Positions 27,291 through 35,950 of a stretch of 64,000 bases of DNA are shown here, piece by piece. Position numbers and translations under genes: made by a program. Below the pieces are notes generated by a model, which was given only the letters and a program-made list of their open reading frames with translations, had not been told where the DNA came from and did not search any database. Position 1 is the first letter of the stretch. Each line of letters begins with the position of its first letter. Origin of the DNA: Acidobacteriota bacterium (GTDB lineage: Bacteria; Acidobacteriota; Vicinamibacteria; Vicinamibacterales; 2-12-FULL-66-21); the NCBI GenBank assembly GCA_046727175.1, contig JBKPCD010000175.1:1669-65668 (forward strand). Reading direction: 5' to 3'.

Positions 27291-27998
27291 CTACCACTCT
27301 TCCACTCGGATTTTGCTCTTCGGGATCCCAAGCCCTATCAACATCAGCGGCACTTCCGCCACCATCGTTGCCGGGCCGCAGACGAAGCAGAGCGTATCGC
27401 GACAATCGACGAGCGGCAAGAGGCGCGCCGCTGCAATGCGTCCGCGTCCGCCGCGCCAGCCGGTGCCGACTTCGCCCGTCGCGGTGAGCGTTAGCTCGAG
27501 GCGTCGGACGCGCGCGACCGCGCGCAGCTCGCGGACGTACGGAAACTCTCCGGGCGTTCTCGCGCTATAGAGAAGCCGCGCGCGGCCCGGCACGCTCGCG
27601 AGCTGCAAGTGGCGGATCATCGATCGAATGGGTGCGATGCCCGTGCCGCCGGCGATGAACAGAAAGTGACGATCGCGCGGCCGGGCCGGAAAGGTGAACG
27701 AGCCGAAAGGTCCGCGCAAGGCGATCCGCATGCCTCGCCCGATCCGATCGAACTTGTGTCCCCAGCGTCCGGAAGGCTCGACCTTGATGAGAAACTCGAG
27801 CCAGCCGAACCGGCGCGTTTCCTCGGGGCATGAGGCGATGGAGTAAGGAACGCGTTCCTCGCGTCCCGCGATCCCGATCATCACCATCTGACCGGATTCG
27901 TAGACGAACCGTTGGCCGTCAAGATCGAGCCGCACGATGCGTGTCGATGGCGTCTCGCGACGAACGCTGCTGACCCTCAAGACGAGGGAATCGGACAC
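27291..27998 (-). CDS. ferredoxin-NADP reductase-like FAD/NAD(P)-binding oxidoreductase
   Basis: RxYS FAD motif (..RVPYSIAS..) and NAD(P) motif ..FIAGGTGIAP... Confidence 0.75.
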   Translation of the reverse strand: MSDSLVLRVSSVRRETPSTRIVRLDLDGQRFVYESGQMVMIGIAGREERVPYSIASCPEETRRFGWLEFLIKVEPSGRWGHKFDRIGRGMRIALRGPFGSFTFPARPRDRHFLFIAGGTGIAPIRSMIRHLQLASVPGRARLLYSARTPGEFPYVRELRAVARVRRLELTLTATGEVGTGWRGGRGRIAAARLLPLVDCRDTLCFVCGPATMVAEVPLMLIGLGIPKSKIRVEEW

Positions 27999-28062
27999 TG
28001 TTGAATCTTACGCTGACCGGTCACTCGGTCGCCCCTTCAGTAGCTGGTAGATCGGTGCGCCG

Positions 28063-30492
28063 TCACCGTTCAGCGGCGGCGGGTGCCGCAGCAGCGCGCT
28101 TGCGCTCCGCCTTGTCGAGGTACATGCGCGTATCGGCGATCGCGACGATCTCTTCGTACGGTTCGCCGTCCCGCGGAAACACCGCCACGCCAACGCTGAT
28201 CCCGAGGCGCAGGCGTTTGCCGGGGCGCGCCTCGAAGTACACCTCGTCGACCTCTTTTTGCAGCTCGTGCCGCTTCTGGTTGGCCTCTTCGATATTGCAC
28301 CCCGAGAGGACGACGATGAACTCGTCGCCGGCGTAGCGGACGCAGATGTCGTACGGGCGAATTGCCGCGCGCAGGACACGCGCAACCTCACAAAGCGCGC
28401 GGTCGCCGGTGTGATGGCCGTGCTGATCGTTGATGTCCTTGAAGTTGTCGAGATCCATGACCATCAGCGCGACTTCGGAACCGAGCCGCTGCGCGCGCGC
28501 GAGCTCCCGCGTGAGGTGCATGAAGAGGAAGCGTGTGTTCGGGAGGCCTGTCAACGGATCGGTCAGCGAGTCTTCCTGGGTCTGCTCGAAGACCATCGAG
28601 TTGTTGATGACCGCGGCCGCCTGTTCCGAAACGCGGTCGAGCAGCCGCCGATGATCGTCGCGGTAGAAGTCGGGTTCGACGTGGTACACGGAGAGCGTGC
28701 CGATGAAGCGGCCATTGAACAGCAGCGGGCAGACGAGCGCGGACTGCAGCGTCGATGAGACGGCGTTCAGACCAGCCGCTTCGAAGTCGGCGCTGGGTCT
28801 CGCGTTCACGACCGGTTGGCGGTTGCGCGCGACCCACCCCGTGAGTCCTTCGCCGTTGGGCACCGCGACTTGCTGAATGATCTCCGCATCGGTCCCGGTC
28901 GCAAAGCGACAGCGCAGCACTTCGTGGTCCTCGTCGTAGACGAACAGCGCCGTGCACGAGAACGGGACGAGATTGCTCAATTTTGCGGAGATGAGGCCCA
29001 TGGTGTCCGAAACACCAAGGCTCGTACCCATCGCCTGCGCGATTTCGTACAGCGCGTAGATCTCGCGGTGCGCGAGGGCGATGTCATCGAACACACTTTT
29101 TTTCGTCGACTCTGCCACGATGCCGGTTGCGGGCCGCCCGTGTTGTGCCGCGGTGCTGTCTGCCGCCGGCTTCCGGAGCACGTGCTCGAGTCGCGCGGCT
29201 TCGGACTGAAGCGAGGGCAGCAAATCGATGAACGTCGAAACCACGACCGGGTCGAGCGCGGTGCCAGCCTCGCGCTGCAGCAACGTTACGGCTGCGTCGC
29301 TGTCCATCGCTCGATGGTATGCCCGCTCGGCTACGAGCGCATCGAAGTAGTCGACGACCGAGAGAATCCGTGCGCCCAGCGGAATCTCGGTCCCGCGAAG
29401 ACCCGCGGGGTATCCGGTCCCGTCCCACCGTTCGTGATGGCTCAGAATCAGCGGCGCGACGGGGTACGGAAACGGAACCGAGCTGACGATGTCGGCGCCG
29501 ACCTTGGGGTGCGCACGAATCTTGTCGAACTCCTCCGGCGTCAGCGGTCCCGGCTTCGAGAGGATGTGCTCGGGCACCGCGAGCTTCCCGATATCGTGCA
29601 GCAGTGCCGCCGTCTTCACGCCCTGGACTTCCTTGTCGCTCATCCCCATCGCGCGGGCAACCGACGCAGCGTACAGCTGGACCCGCCGGATGTGTGATTG
29701 CGACGTCTGATCCTTCGCGTCGATGGCGAGCGCAAGCGCTTCGATCGTCGCAAGGTGAAGGTCCGCCATCTCGCGGACGTGCCGTTGCTCGTCCTCGATC
29801 CGGCCCAGATACACCTTGTAGCTGCGATAGGTCAGGTACAACGGCGCGGCGGCCAGCGGCGCGAGCCACTTGCCCGGGAACTCCGCCGTGATCCACGCGG
29901 CGACTGCCGCGACGCTCGTCCCCACGAAGTAGCTCGGTGCGCTCCAGAGAAAATTCTCGTTCCAGACCTTCTTGACCGATTCGCCAGTCGACAGCGCAAT
30001 TGCTGTTGCGACGCCGACCGTGTTCACCATGAAATATGTCGTGGCGGCGCCGACGAGCGGTCGCCCGAGGGTCTGCAGGCCCAGGCTCCCCGGCACGCCA
30101 CCAAGCCAGACGTAAACGGCGCCGGCGGCCTGAACGGTCAGCACCAGGCACGCCATGCTGAAGAGCGTTCGGTGCGGAGGATTTGGTTCCTTGCTGCGGA
30201 ACGTGCACTGACTGAACGCGCTCGTTGCCGCCACGATCATGGTCGGTCCCGGTCCGATCAGCAGCAGCGAGGCGAAGTCAACCGCGTAGGAGACCGACAT
30301 CGTCGATCCGCTTCGCGTCAGCGGCAGGTTCAGTTTGTAGACGGATGTGGCCGACGAAAGGACGAGGAGGAGCAGAAACAGACCCGGCGAACCGCCGAGC
30401 GAGCGGAAGGGGAAAAAGGCGGCAAACACGACTACCCCTGTCCCAATCACAGCGGACACGTAAATGCGTGCGCCAATCGGGAGGGTCCTCAC
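28063..30492 (-). CDS. membrane-anchored HD-GYP / GAF / GGDEF (AGDEF variant) c-di-GMP signalling protein
   Basis: About 6-7 N-terminal TM segments. HD-GYP motifs ..LLHDIGK.. and ..HHERWDGTGYP... A GAF-like middle. C-terminal ..GLPN..MDLDNFKDINDQHGH..GD..RYAGDEF... Confidence 0.85.
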   Translation of the reverse strand: MRTLPIGARIYVSAVIGTGVVVFAAFFPFRSLGGSPGLFLLLLVLSSATSVYKLNLPLTRSGSTMSVSYAVDFASLLLIGPGPTMIVAATSAFSQCTFRSKEPNPPHRTLFSMACLVLTVQAAGAVYVWLGGVPGSLGLQTLGRPLVGAATTYFMVNTVGVATAIALSTGESVKKVWNENFLWSAPSYFVGTSVAAVAAWITAEFPGKWLAPLAAAPLYLTYRSYKVYLGRIEDEQRHVREMADLHLATIEALALAIDAKDQTSQSHIRRVQLYAASVARAMGMSDKEVQGVKTAALLHDIGKLAVPEHILSKPGPLTPEEFDKIRAHPKVGADIVSSVPFPYPVAPLILSHHERWDGTGYPAGLRGTEIPLGARILSVVDYFDALVAERAYHRAMDSDAAVTLLQREAGTALDPVVVSTFIDLLPSLQSEAARLEHVLRKPAADSTAAQHGRPATGIVAESTKKSVFDDIALAHREIYALYEIAQAMGTSLGVSDTMGLISAKLSNLVPFSCTALFVYDEDHEVLRCRFATGTDAEIIQQVAVPNGEGLTGWVARNRQPVVNARPSADFEAAGLNAVSSTLQSALVCPLLFNGRFIGTLSVYHVEPDFYRDDHRRLLDRVSEQAAAVINNSMVFEQTQEDSLTDPLTGLPNTRFLFMHLTRELARAQRLGSEVALMVMDLDNFKDINDQHGHHTGDRALCEVARVLRAAIRPYDICVRYAGDEFIVVLSGCNIEEANQKRHELQKEVDEVYFEARPGKRLRLGISVGVAVFPRDGEPYEEIVAIADTRMYLDKAERKRAAAAPAAAER

Positions 30493-31958
30493 CGGCCCGC
30501 CCCGCCGTAGCTCGCGTCAGGTTGCTCTGCGCGCGAAGGAGGACTCGTCTCGCCGTCGCTCGCCTCACGATTCACGCCGAGCGAAGAGGAGCCCGTCATG
30601 CCATACCTCGCGTCCCGGTCCGACGCGATCGAAGGGGAAAAATGCTGCGCAAGCTGCACGGCAGCGCGCGCATCGAGAAAGCCGGCGCCCTGCGTGAATT
30701 GATCGTAGCGGCTCTTTTTCTCTGCGCTCGTCTGGAGAATGTACTTGACGGCCCCCGGATCCAGCGTCGGGTTCGCCTGCAGCATCAAGGCGATCGTTCC
30801 GGTCACGACCGGCGCCGCCATGCTCGTCCCGCTCAGTCGCAGATGCGGCGCTCCGACGCCGTCCCCGCCGCCTCCATCCTGCGAGCGTCCATGCAGCGCG
30901 AACAGGGCACTCGCCGGATCCGCGATGGATTCGATGCCGACACCGGGAGCGACCAGATCCGGCTTCGCCTCGCCATCGATCGACGACGGACCGCGCGAGC
31001 TGAATGGCGCCACGACGTCATCGTTCCGATCCGCGGTGCCCATATCGTTGCAGGCGCCAACCGTCAGCACCCACGGCGCGTTCCCCGGTGATGTGATTCC
31101 GCCGGACTGCGGAGCTCCCTGCGCGTTCAGCCCCAGGTTTCCGGCAGCAGCGACGACGACGATGCCGGCGTCGACCGCGCGTTTTGCGGCGAGCGCGAGC
31201 GGATCGGTGTTGTACGACTCGTAGACGCCGGCCGCGACCGAGAGATTGATTACGCGGATGTTGTAGATGTCGCGCTTGGCAATCGCGTAGTCCACGGCCG
31301 CGATCACGTTGCTCGTGTACCCGCCGCCGCCGGCATTGAGTGCCTTCAGCACGATCAGATTGGCGCGGGGCGCGATGCCGTGTGGACCGCCGTTCGTGTC
31401 GTCGCTCTTGCCAGCAATGATCCCCGCGACGTGGGTGCCGTGACCGTAATCGTCGTAGGTCGCCGGCAGGAAGTTGACGAAATCCGCGAAGTGAACCACC
31501 CGTCGCTCGAGCAGATCTTCATGAGAGGGCGTAATGCCGGAATCGATCAGCGCAACCCCCACGCCCGATCCATCGAAGCCGAGATTCTCCTGCACCCACC
31601 GGGCGCCGGTCGTCGTGGCGGTTCGATCGATCGTCCCGACGACGGGCCTGTCGAGACTGACGCTCAAGACTTCGGGTATCGACGCGAGGGCGCGGAGCGC
31701 CCGGTCCGGGACAACAGCCATCAGCGTGTTGTCCCGAGACAGGTTGCCCGCGAACGTGGCGCCGAGACTGCGGACCGCGAAGTCGATCGAACACCCCGCA
31801 CAGGTGCGCACGATGACGCGCGACGTGCTCCGCGCTTCGTGAGCGCGCCGCACAAGTGCTGCATCGAGCTTGGCGTCCGCGACGTGGCCCTGCGGGACCG
31901 GCGAGGACACCACAACGAACGCGACGAGTACGCAGTGACGAAGTCGCGAACGCACCAT
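30489..31958 (-). CDS. S8-family (subtilisin-like) serine peptidase, secreted
   Basis: Catalytic triad contexts ..VALIDSGI.., ..HGTHVAGIIAG.., ..SGTSMAAPVVTG... Start trimmed to MVRSRLRHCVLVAF.. (signal peptide). 4-nt overlap with the downstream gene. Confidence 0.85.
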   Translation of the reverse strand: MVRSRLRHCVLVAFVVVSSPVPQGHVADAKLDAALVRRAHEARSTSRVIVRTCAGCSIDFAVRSLGATFAGNLSRDNTLMAVVPDRALRALASIPEVLSVSLDRPVVGTIDRTATTTGARWVQENLGFDGSGVGVALIDSGITPSHEDLLERRVVHFADFVNFLPATYDDYGHGTHVAGIIAGKSDDTNGGPHGIAPRANLIVLKALNAGGGGYTSNVIAAVDYAIAKRDIYNIRVINLSVAAGVYESYNTDPLALAAKRAVDAGIVVVAAAGNLGLNAQGAPQSGGITSPGNAPWVLTVGACNDMGTADRNDDVVAPFSSRGPSSIDGEAKPDLVAPGVGIESIADPASALFALHGRSQDGGGGDGVGAPHLRLSGTSMAAPVVTGTIALMLQANPTLDPGAVKYILQTSAEKKSRYDQFTQGAGFLDARAAVQLAQHFSPSIASDRDARYGMTGSSSLGVNREASDGETSPPSRAEQPDASYGGAGR

Positions 31959-31998
31959 CGTACAGAGCACCGTCCTTTTTGGGGGACCGGTGCGAAAC

Positions 31999-32014
31999 TG
32001 CAATTGATCTGCCC
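31999..32014 (-). promoter_or_regulatory. candidate sigma54 -24/-12 promoter
   Basis: The minus strand reads GGGCAGATCAATTGCA, giving GG-N10-GC spacing with an exact TTGCA -12 element. About 40 nt upstream of the S8 start codon and next to a sigma54 activator gene. Confidence 0.35.
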
Positions 32015-32247
32015 GGAACACCACGGCCGGGGTGAGTGGCGTAAACGATAGAGGAAAAGGAGATTACTGGCAAGCCTCAACCGGCCGCTGGCGCGGGGCA
32101 GGCGCCTGGTTGTCCAGTTTCAGCACACCAGATGTCGCATCGAGCCGTAAACGTCTGCGAACACGCGAGTACCGTCGCAGCCGCCCTGCGCCCGCGAGTG
32201 ATGGGTCGTCAGGCCAAAGCACACCGGCCTGATGAGCCTTTCTCCGG

Positions 32248-33582
32248 CTATTCGTCGGGCCTGGATGTCTTGTTTCGGACTGCCTTCGGTTCGCTTTCGA
32301 GCCCGTACTCGAGGATTTTTCGATACAGCGTTCCTCGGCTGATCTCGAGGACCGAAGCCGCCTGCTTCTTGTTCCAGTTGACGCTCTCGAGCACTCGAAC
32401 GATGTGGGCGCGCTCCGCCTCCGCGAGCGAGGGCAGCCGCTCGCGCGGCGTGTCGACGGGAGCCTCGCTGGCGTGCAGGAATTCGATGTCACCCGGGCGA
32501 ATCACCCTTCCCGGCGAGGAGAGCGCGGCACGCGAGACCGTGCTCTCCAGCTCACGGATGTTTCCGGGCCAGTGATACTGCATCAGCAAATCGATGGCTT
32601 CCTTCGAGAAGCTCTTGCCATCGAGCTGGAGACCATTTGCCGCGCAGTATCGAGCGAGGAACCGCTGGCCGAGCACGGGAATGTCGCTGGCGCGCTCGCG
32701 TAGCGACGGCAGACGGATGGAGAAGGCGTTCACGCGATAGTACAGGTCTTCGCGGAACCGCGAGTCGCGCACGAATTGATCGAGCGGGCGATTCGTCGCG
32801 GAGATCAGCCGGAAGTTGACTTCGATCGACGTGTTGCCGCCGAGCCGCTCGAACCGGTGCTCCTCGAGGACGCGCAGCAGCTTGGCTTGCGCGATCATCG
32901 AGAGATCGCCGATCTCATCGAGGAAGAGTGTGCCGTTGTTCGCGAGCTCGAGCCGTCCGGGCTTGCGATCGTGCGCGCCGGTGAACGCGCCCTTCTCGTA
33001 TCCGAAGATCTCCGATTCGAAGAGCGTGTCCGGAAGGGCCGCGCAGTTGACAGCCTGGAACTTGTTGTTGGCGCGACGACTCAGCTCGTGAATCATCCGC
33101 GCGACGACTTCTTTACCCGATCCTGTCGGCCCGAGGATCAGTACCGAGATGTCCGATTTGGCGGCGGTGCGGATCCACTCGAACACGACGAGCATCTTCT
33201 CGTCACGGCCGATCATCTCGCGGAAGCGCTGAACGGCAGGGGACCGATCCTCGTGGCTGACGGTCGCGCGTCGCTCGAGGAACTGATCGAGCAGATCACG
33301 AATCGCTTCCTGCTCCGGCTGCACGAACGAATACCGGGGCACACCGCTGCCCGCGACACGCTGCGCGACGCCGAACGCGACCAGCTCGCGGATGCAGTTC
33401 TCGACGTCGAGCCGCATGCGGCCGAACGTCTGCATCAAGGCTTCGACATCGAACGCTTCCTCGGGCCGGGCGCACAGGAAGCGCAGCAGCGCCGCGCGAA
33501 GCGGCGATTGGACCAGCGCCTGAAAACGCGTCTCGATTTCGGTGGGCTCTACGCGCCGGCCGGCGGCGGAAACATTCTCCAC
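32248..33582 (-). CDS. sigma54-dependent transcriptional activator (bEBP) with a non-canonical N-terminal domain
   Basis: AAA+ core: Walker A GPTGSGKE, GAFTGA loop (..EKGAFTGA..), Walker B ..LFLDEIGDL... C-terminal Fis-type HTH ..AASVLEISRGTLYRKI... The first ~125 aa show no receiver/PAS/GAF motif that I recognise. Confidence 0.85.
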   Translation of the reverse strand: MENVSAAGRRVEPTEIETRFQALVQSPLRAALLRFLCARPEEAFDVEALMQTFGRMRLDVENCIRELVAFGVAQRVAGSGVPRYSFVQPEQEAIRDLLDQFLERRATVSHEDRSPAVQRFREMIGRDEKMLVVFEWIRTAAKSDISVLILGPTGSGKEVVARMIHELSRRANNKFQAVNCAALPDTLFESEIFGYEKGAFTGAHDRKPGRLELANNGTLFLDEIGDLSMIAQAKLLRVLEEHRFERLGGNTSIEVNFRLISATNRPLDQFVRDSRFREDLYYRVNAFSIRLPSLRERASDIPVLGQRFLARYCAANGLQLDGKSFSKEAIDLLMQYHWPGNIRELESTVSRAALSSPGRVIRPGDIEFLHASEAPVDTPRERLPSLAEAERAHIVRVLESVNWNKKQAASVLEISRGTLYRKILEYGLESEPKAVRNKTSRPDE

Positions 33583-33592
33583 AGGGCTTCCC

Positions 33593-34051
33593 CTAGGTCC
33601 GGCCCTCGCCCGGGCCAGGCGTGGCGGACGAGCGACCGCGATAATACTCCGATTGAAAGCGCTCGATCAGCCGCTTCATCTCGACGGCGTCTCCCTTCCG
33701 GTGGCCGTGGCAGCGCACGGGGCTGGCCCCGCCGGAGCTCTCGATCAGCACGTCCGAGAAGAACATGTTGCGATCGATCAGGACCGACGCAACGTGCGCG
33801 ATGTGCATCGACTGCTCGCGCGCGCCGAACCATTCCGGTGTGAAGTGCACAACCGAGGTTGGCGTCACCGCGACCTGGGTCGGGAACAGCCGGTTGCCAC
33901 GACTCAGACGGCTCGCGCGGAAGACGTGCGGCCCGGGCATCTTGCGACCCTTCGCCCACAAGAACACGATGGCTGCGATGACCAGGACTGCCGCGAACAG
34001 CGCGACGATCCAGAGAAGGTCAGTGCCGGAGCCAGCGGTGGAATCGGGCAT
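33593..34051 (-). CDS. hypothetical single-pass membrane protein, bacterial PH-like (YdbT/bPH_2-like) domain
   Basis: TM ..LLWIVALFAAVLVIAAIVFLW.. The remaining ~100 aa resemble bPH domains (tentative). Ends 10 nt upstream of the bEBP start. Confidence 0.45.
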   Translation of the reverse strand: MPDSTAGSGTDLLWIVALFAAVLVIAAIVFLWAKGRKMPGPHVFRASRLSRGNRLFPTQVAVTPTSVVHFTPEWFGAREQSMHIAHVASVLIDRNMFFSDVLIESSGGASPVRCHGHRKGDAVEMKRLIERFQSEYYRGRSSATPGPGEGRT

Positions 34052-34120
34052 GCGTCGAATCGGATGCGGAAGACAAGCCGGCGGGCGACTAAACTTCGCT
34101 CCGCGAGCGGCCCCGTGTCA

Positions 34121-34194
34121 AGCGTTTTCGGCTGTTCGCGGAGTTATCTGTATTCGACCCTTCTCAAACCCGCCAAATTGAGCGTTTTCGCTGT
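34121..34194. promoter_or_regulatory. two copies of AGCGTTTTCG(G)CTGT exactly 60 nt apart in a divergent promoter gap
   Basis: 34121-34135 agcgttttcggctgt and 34181-34194 agcgttttcgctgt. The second copy contains the palindrome AGCG-TTTT-CGCT. Confidence 0.3.
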
Positions 34195-34220
34195 CACGGC
34201 GCCGACGGCGTCCTCACAAC

Positions 34221-34297
34221 GATCACGAGGGTACGAAGACCACGAGAGCGCATTTCATGTCTTTGAGCTTACATCGTGGTCTTCGGATCTTCGTGAT
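34221..34297. repeat. low-complexity hairpin (CACGA/GAAGA units) in a divergent promoter gap
   Basis: gatcacgagggtacgaagaccacgag pairs with atcgtggtcttcggatcttcgtgatt at about 21 of 26 positions. Confidence 0.7.
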
Positions 34298-34391
34298 TTT
34301 CGCGAGAAGCCCGTGGACTGTTTCCTCGACGCAATCCGGCAAAGTGGTCGTGGCGGGGTGATGCTAAGCTAGACGGCCGGAGGTCTTCGTC

Positions 34392-35546
34392 GTGCCGCAC
34401 CGAGCGCCTGGCGCCCCGGATCACGGTCATCATTACTTGAGCGGCCAGGCCATCACCTACTACCGCCCCCGTGGCAGCGCAGATGTCCGACAGCTCATCG
34501 ACGACGGGTTTCAGGCGTTCAACGCCGGCCGACTCTCCGAAGCGTGCCACATCTTCACGGAGAAGATGCTCGATCCGGCGAACGACACGACGATCGGATT
34601 GACGATCGCCGGCGCGATGACTCCCGCCGGGCTCGGCGGATGCGTCATCGAGCTAATGGATCGCGGTCTCGTGGACTTCATCATCAGCACCGGGGCCAAT
34701 CTTTATCACGACCTCCACTATGCGTTGAATTTCACGCTCCACCGCGGTTCTCCGTTTCTCGACGACGTCGAGCTCTACGAGCAGGGGATCATCCGGATCT
34801 ACGACGTTCTCTTCCCGGCGAGCGTGCTCCTCGAAACGGACGCGTACATTCGGGATTTTCTTCAACGCACGACGCTTTCCGGTCCGATCTCGTCGTCCCA
34901 GCTCCACTACGCGCTGGGACAGGATCTGCTCGGCCACCATCCAGGCTGCGGGGAATACTCGGTCGTCGCGCGCGCATCCCTCGCGGGCGTTCCGATCTAC
35001 ACGTCGTCTCCGGGAGATAGCTCGATCGGGATGAACATCGCATACCACGAGCTGATCAACGGCGGCACGCTCATGATCGACCCGAATCGCGACGTGAATG
35101 AAGTGTGCGCGATCATCCTTGCGGGACGGCAGAACGGATGCGTCATCCTGGGCGGCGGCTCGCCGAAGAATTTCTATCTACAGGGACAGCCCACACTCTG
35201 GGAGGTCTATGGCATCCCGAAAGGTGGGAACGACTACTTCATTCAGATCACGACGGATCAGGTCGTGTGGGGCGGCCTGTCGGGTGCAACGCCGGCCGAG
35301 GCGGTGAGCTGGGGCAAGGTCAATCCGGGCGTGCTGCCGGATACCGTAGTCGCGTACTGTGATTCGACGATCGCCTTTCCGCTCTTTTGCGAGTATGTCA
35401 TCGGCTCGAAGCACGGTCGGCGCACGCGTCGCGAGCTGGTGCACAAACGCGACGTGCTCGTCGCGGACCTGTTGCGCCAGGCGAAGGACGCGCGCGCGTC
35501 GAAACCGATTACTTCCGAGCCCGCTGAAATCGACAGGCACAGGTGA
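34392..35546 (+). CDS. deoxyhypusine synthase-family protein (bacterial DHS-like)
   Basis: ..DFIISTGANLYHDLHYAL.. and overall DHS-like length. GGAGG lies 7 nt upstream of GTG 34392. Confidence 0.75.
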   Translation: MPHRAPGAPDHGHHYLSGQAITYYRPRGSADVRQLIDDGFQAFNAGRLSEACHIFTEKMLDPANDTTIGLTIAGAMTPAGLGGCVIELMDRGLVDFIISTGANLYHDLHYALNFTLHRGSPFLDDVELYEQGIIRIYDVLFPASVLLETDAYIRDFLQRTTLSGPISSSQLHYALGQDLLGHHPGCGEYSVVARASLAGVPIYTSSPGDSSIGMNIAYHELINGGTLMIDPNRDVNEVCAIILAGRQNGCVILGGGSPKNFYLQGQPTLWEVYGIPKGGNDYFIQITTDQVVWGGLSGATPAEAVSWGKVNPGVLPDTVVAYCDSTIAFPLFCEYVIGSKHGRRTRRELVHKRDVLVADLLRQAKDARASKPITSEPAEIDRHR

Positions 35547-35950
35547 TGGGGACGCTCTCCTCAGAGCTCACGCCGTACATCACTGGTTCGGCTCCGCAGC
35601 CGCGCGTCTACGTCGACGCGAATATTCCGAACGGTGTCGTCGAATACATGCGCGTCACTCTGCGCTGGGACGTCTTCTTCGTGCTCGAGCACGACAATCT
35701 CAGGCGCGCGCCGGACGTCGAGCACTATCGGCTGGCGCGACAGCTCGGCCGCACACTCGTCACGCTCGATCGTGACTACGTCGATGACGAGCGGTTCCCG
35801 CCCGAACAGGGCGCAGGACTCATCGTGTTCTCTGCGCCTGACGAGCGGCGATTGCGAAAACTGATGCAGCGAGTCGACCGCGAGCTGTTCAGAGCTCCAG
35901 GCGCGACGGCGCTCCCGCTCGAGGGGCGGAAGCTCCAGTGGAACACATGA
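35546..35950 (+). CDS. DUF5615-like (PIN-like, Mut7-C-related) domain protein
   Basis: ..RVYVDANIPNGVVEYM...DVFFV..E.....APDVEHYRLARQLGRTLVTLDRDY.. matches my memory of the DUF5615 pattern. Start and stop overlap both neighbours. Confidence 0.55.
   Translation: MGTLSSELTPYITGSAPQPRVYVDANIPNGVVEYMRVTLRWDVFFVLEHDNLRRAPDVEHYRLARQLGRTLVTLDRDYVDDERFPPEQGAGLIVFSAPDERRLRKLMQRVDRELFRAPGATALPLEGRKLQWNT

Noticed and set aside
34351-34365. TGGCGG-N5-TGCT as a sigma54 promoter for the DHS-like operon.
   Set aside because: The GG to GC spacing is one nucleotide short of the canonical GG-N10-GC, and the -12 element lacks TTGC.
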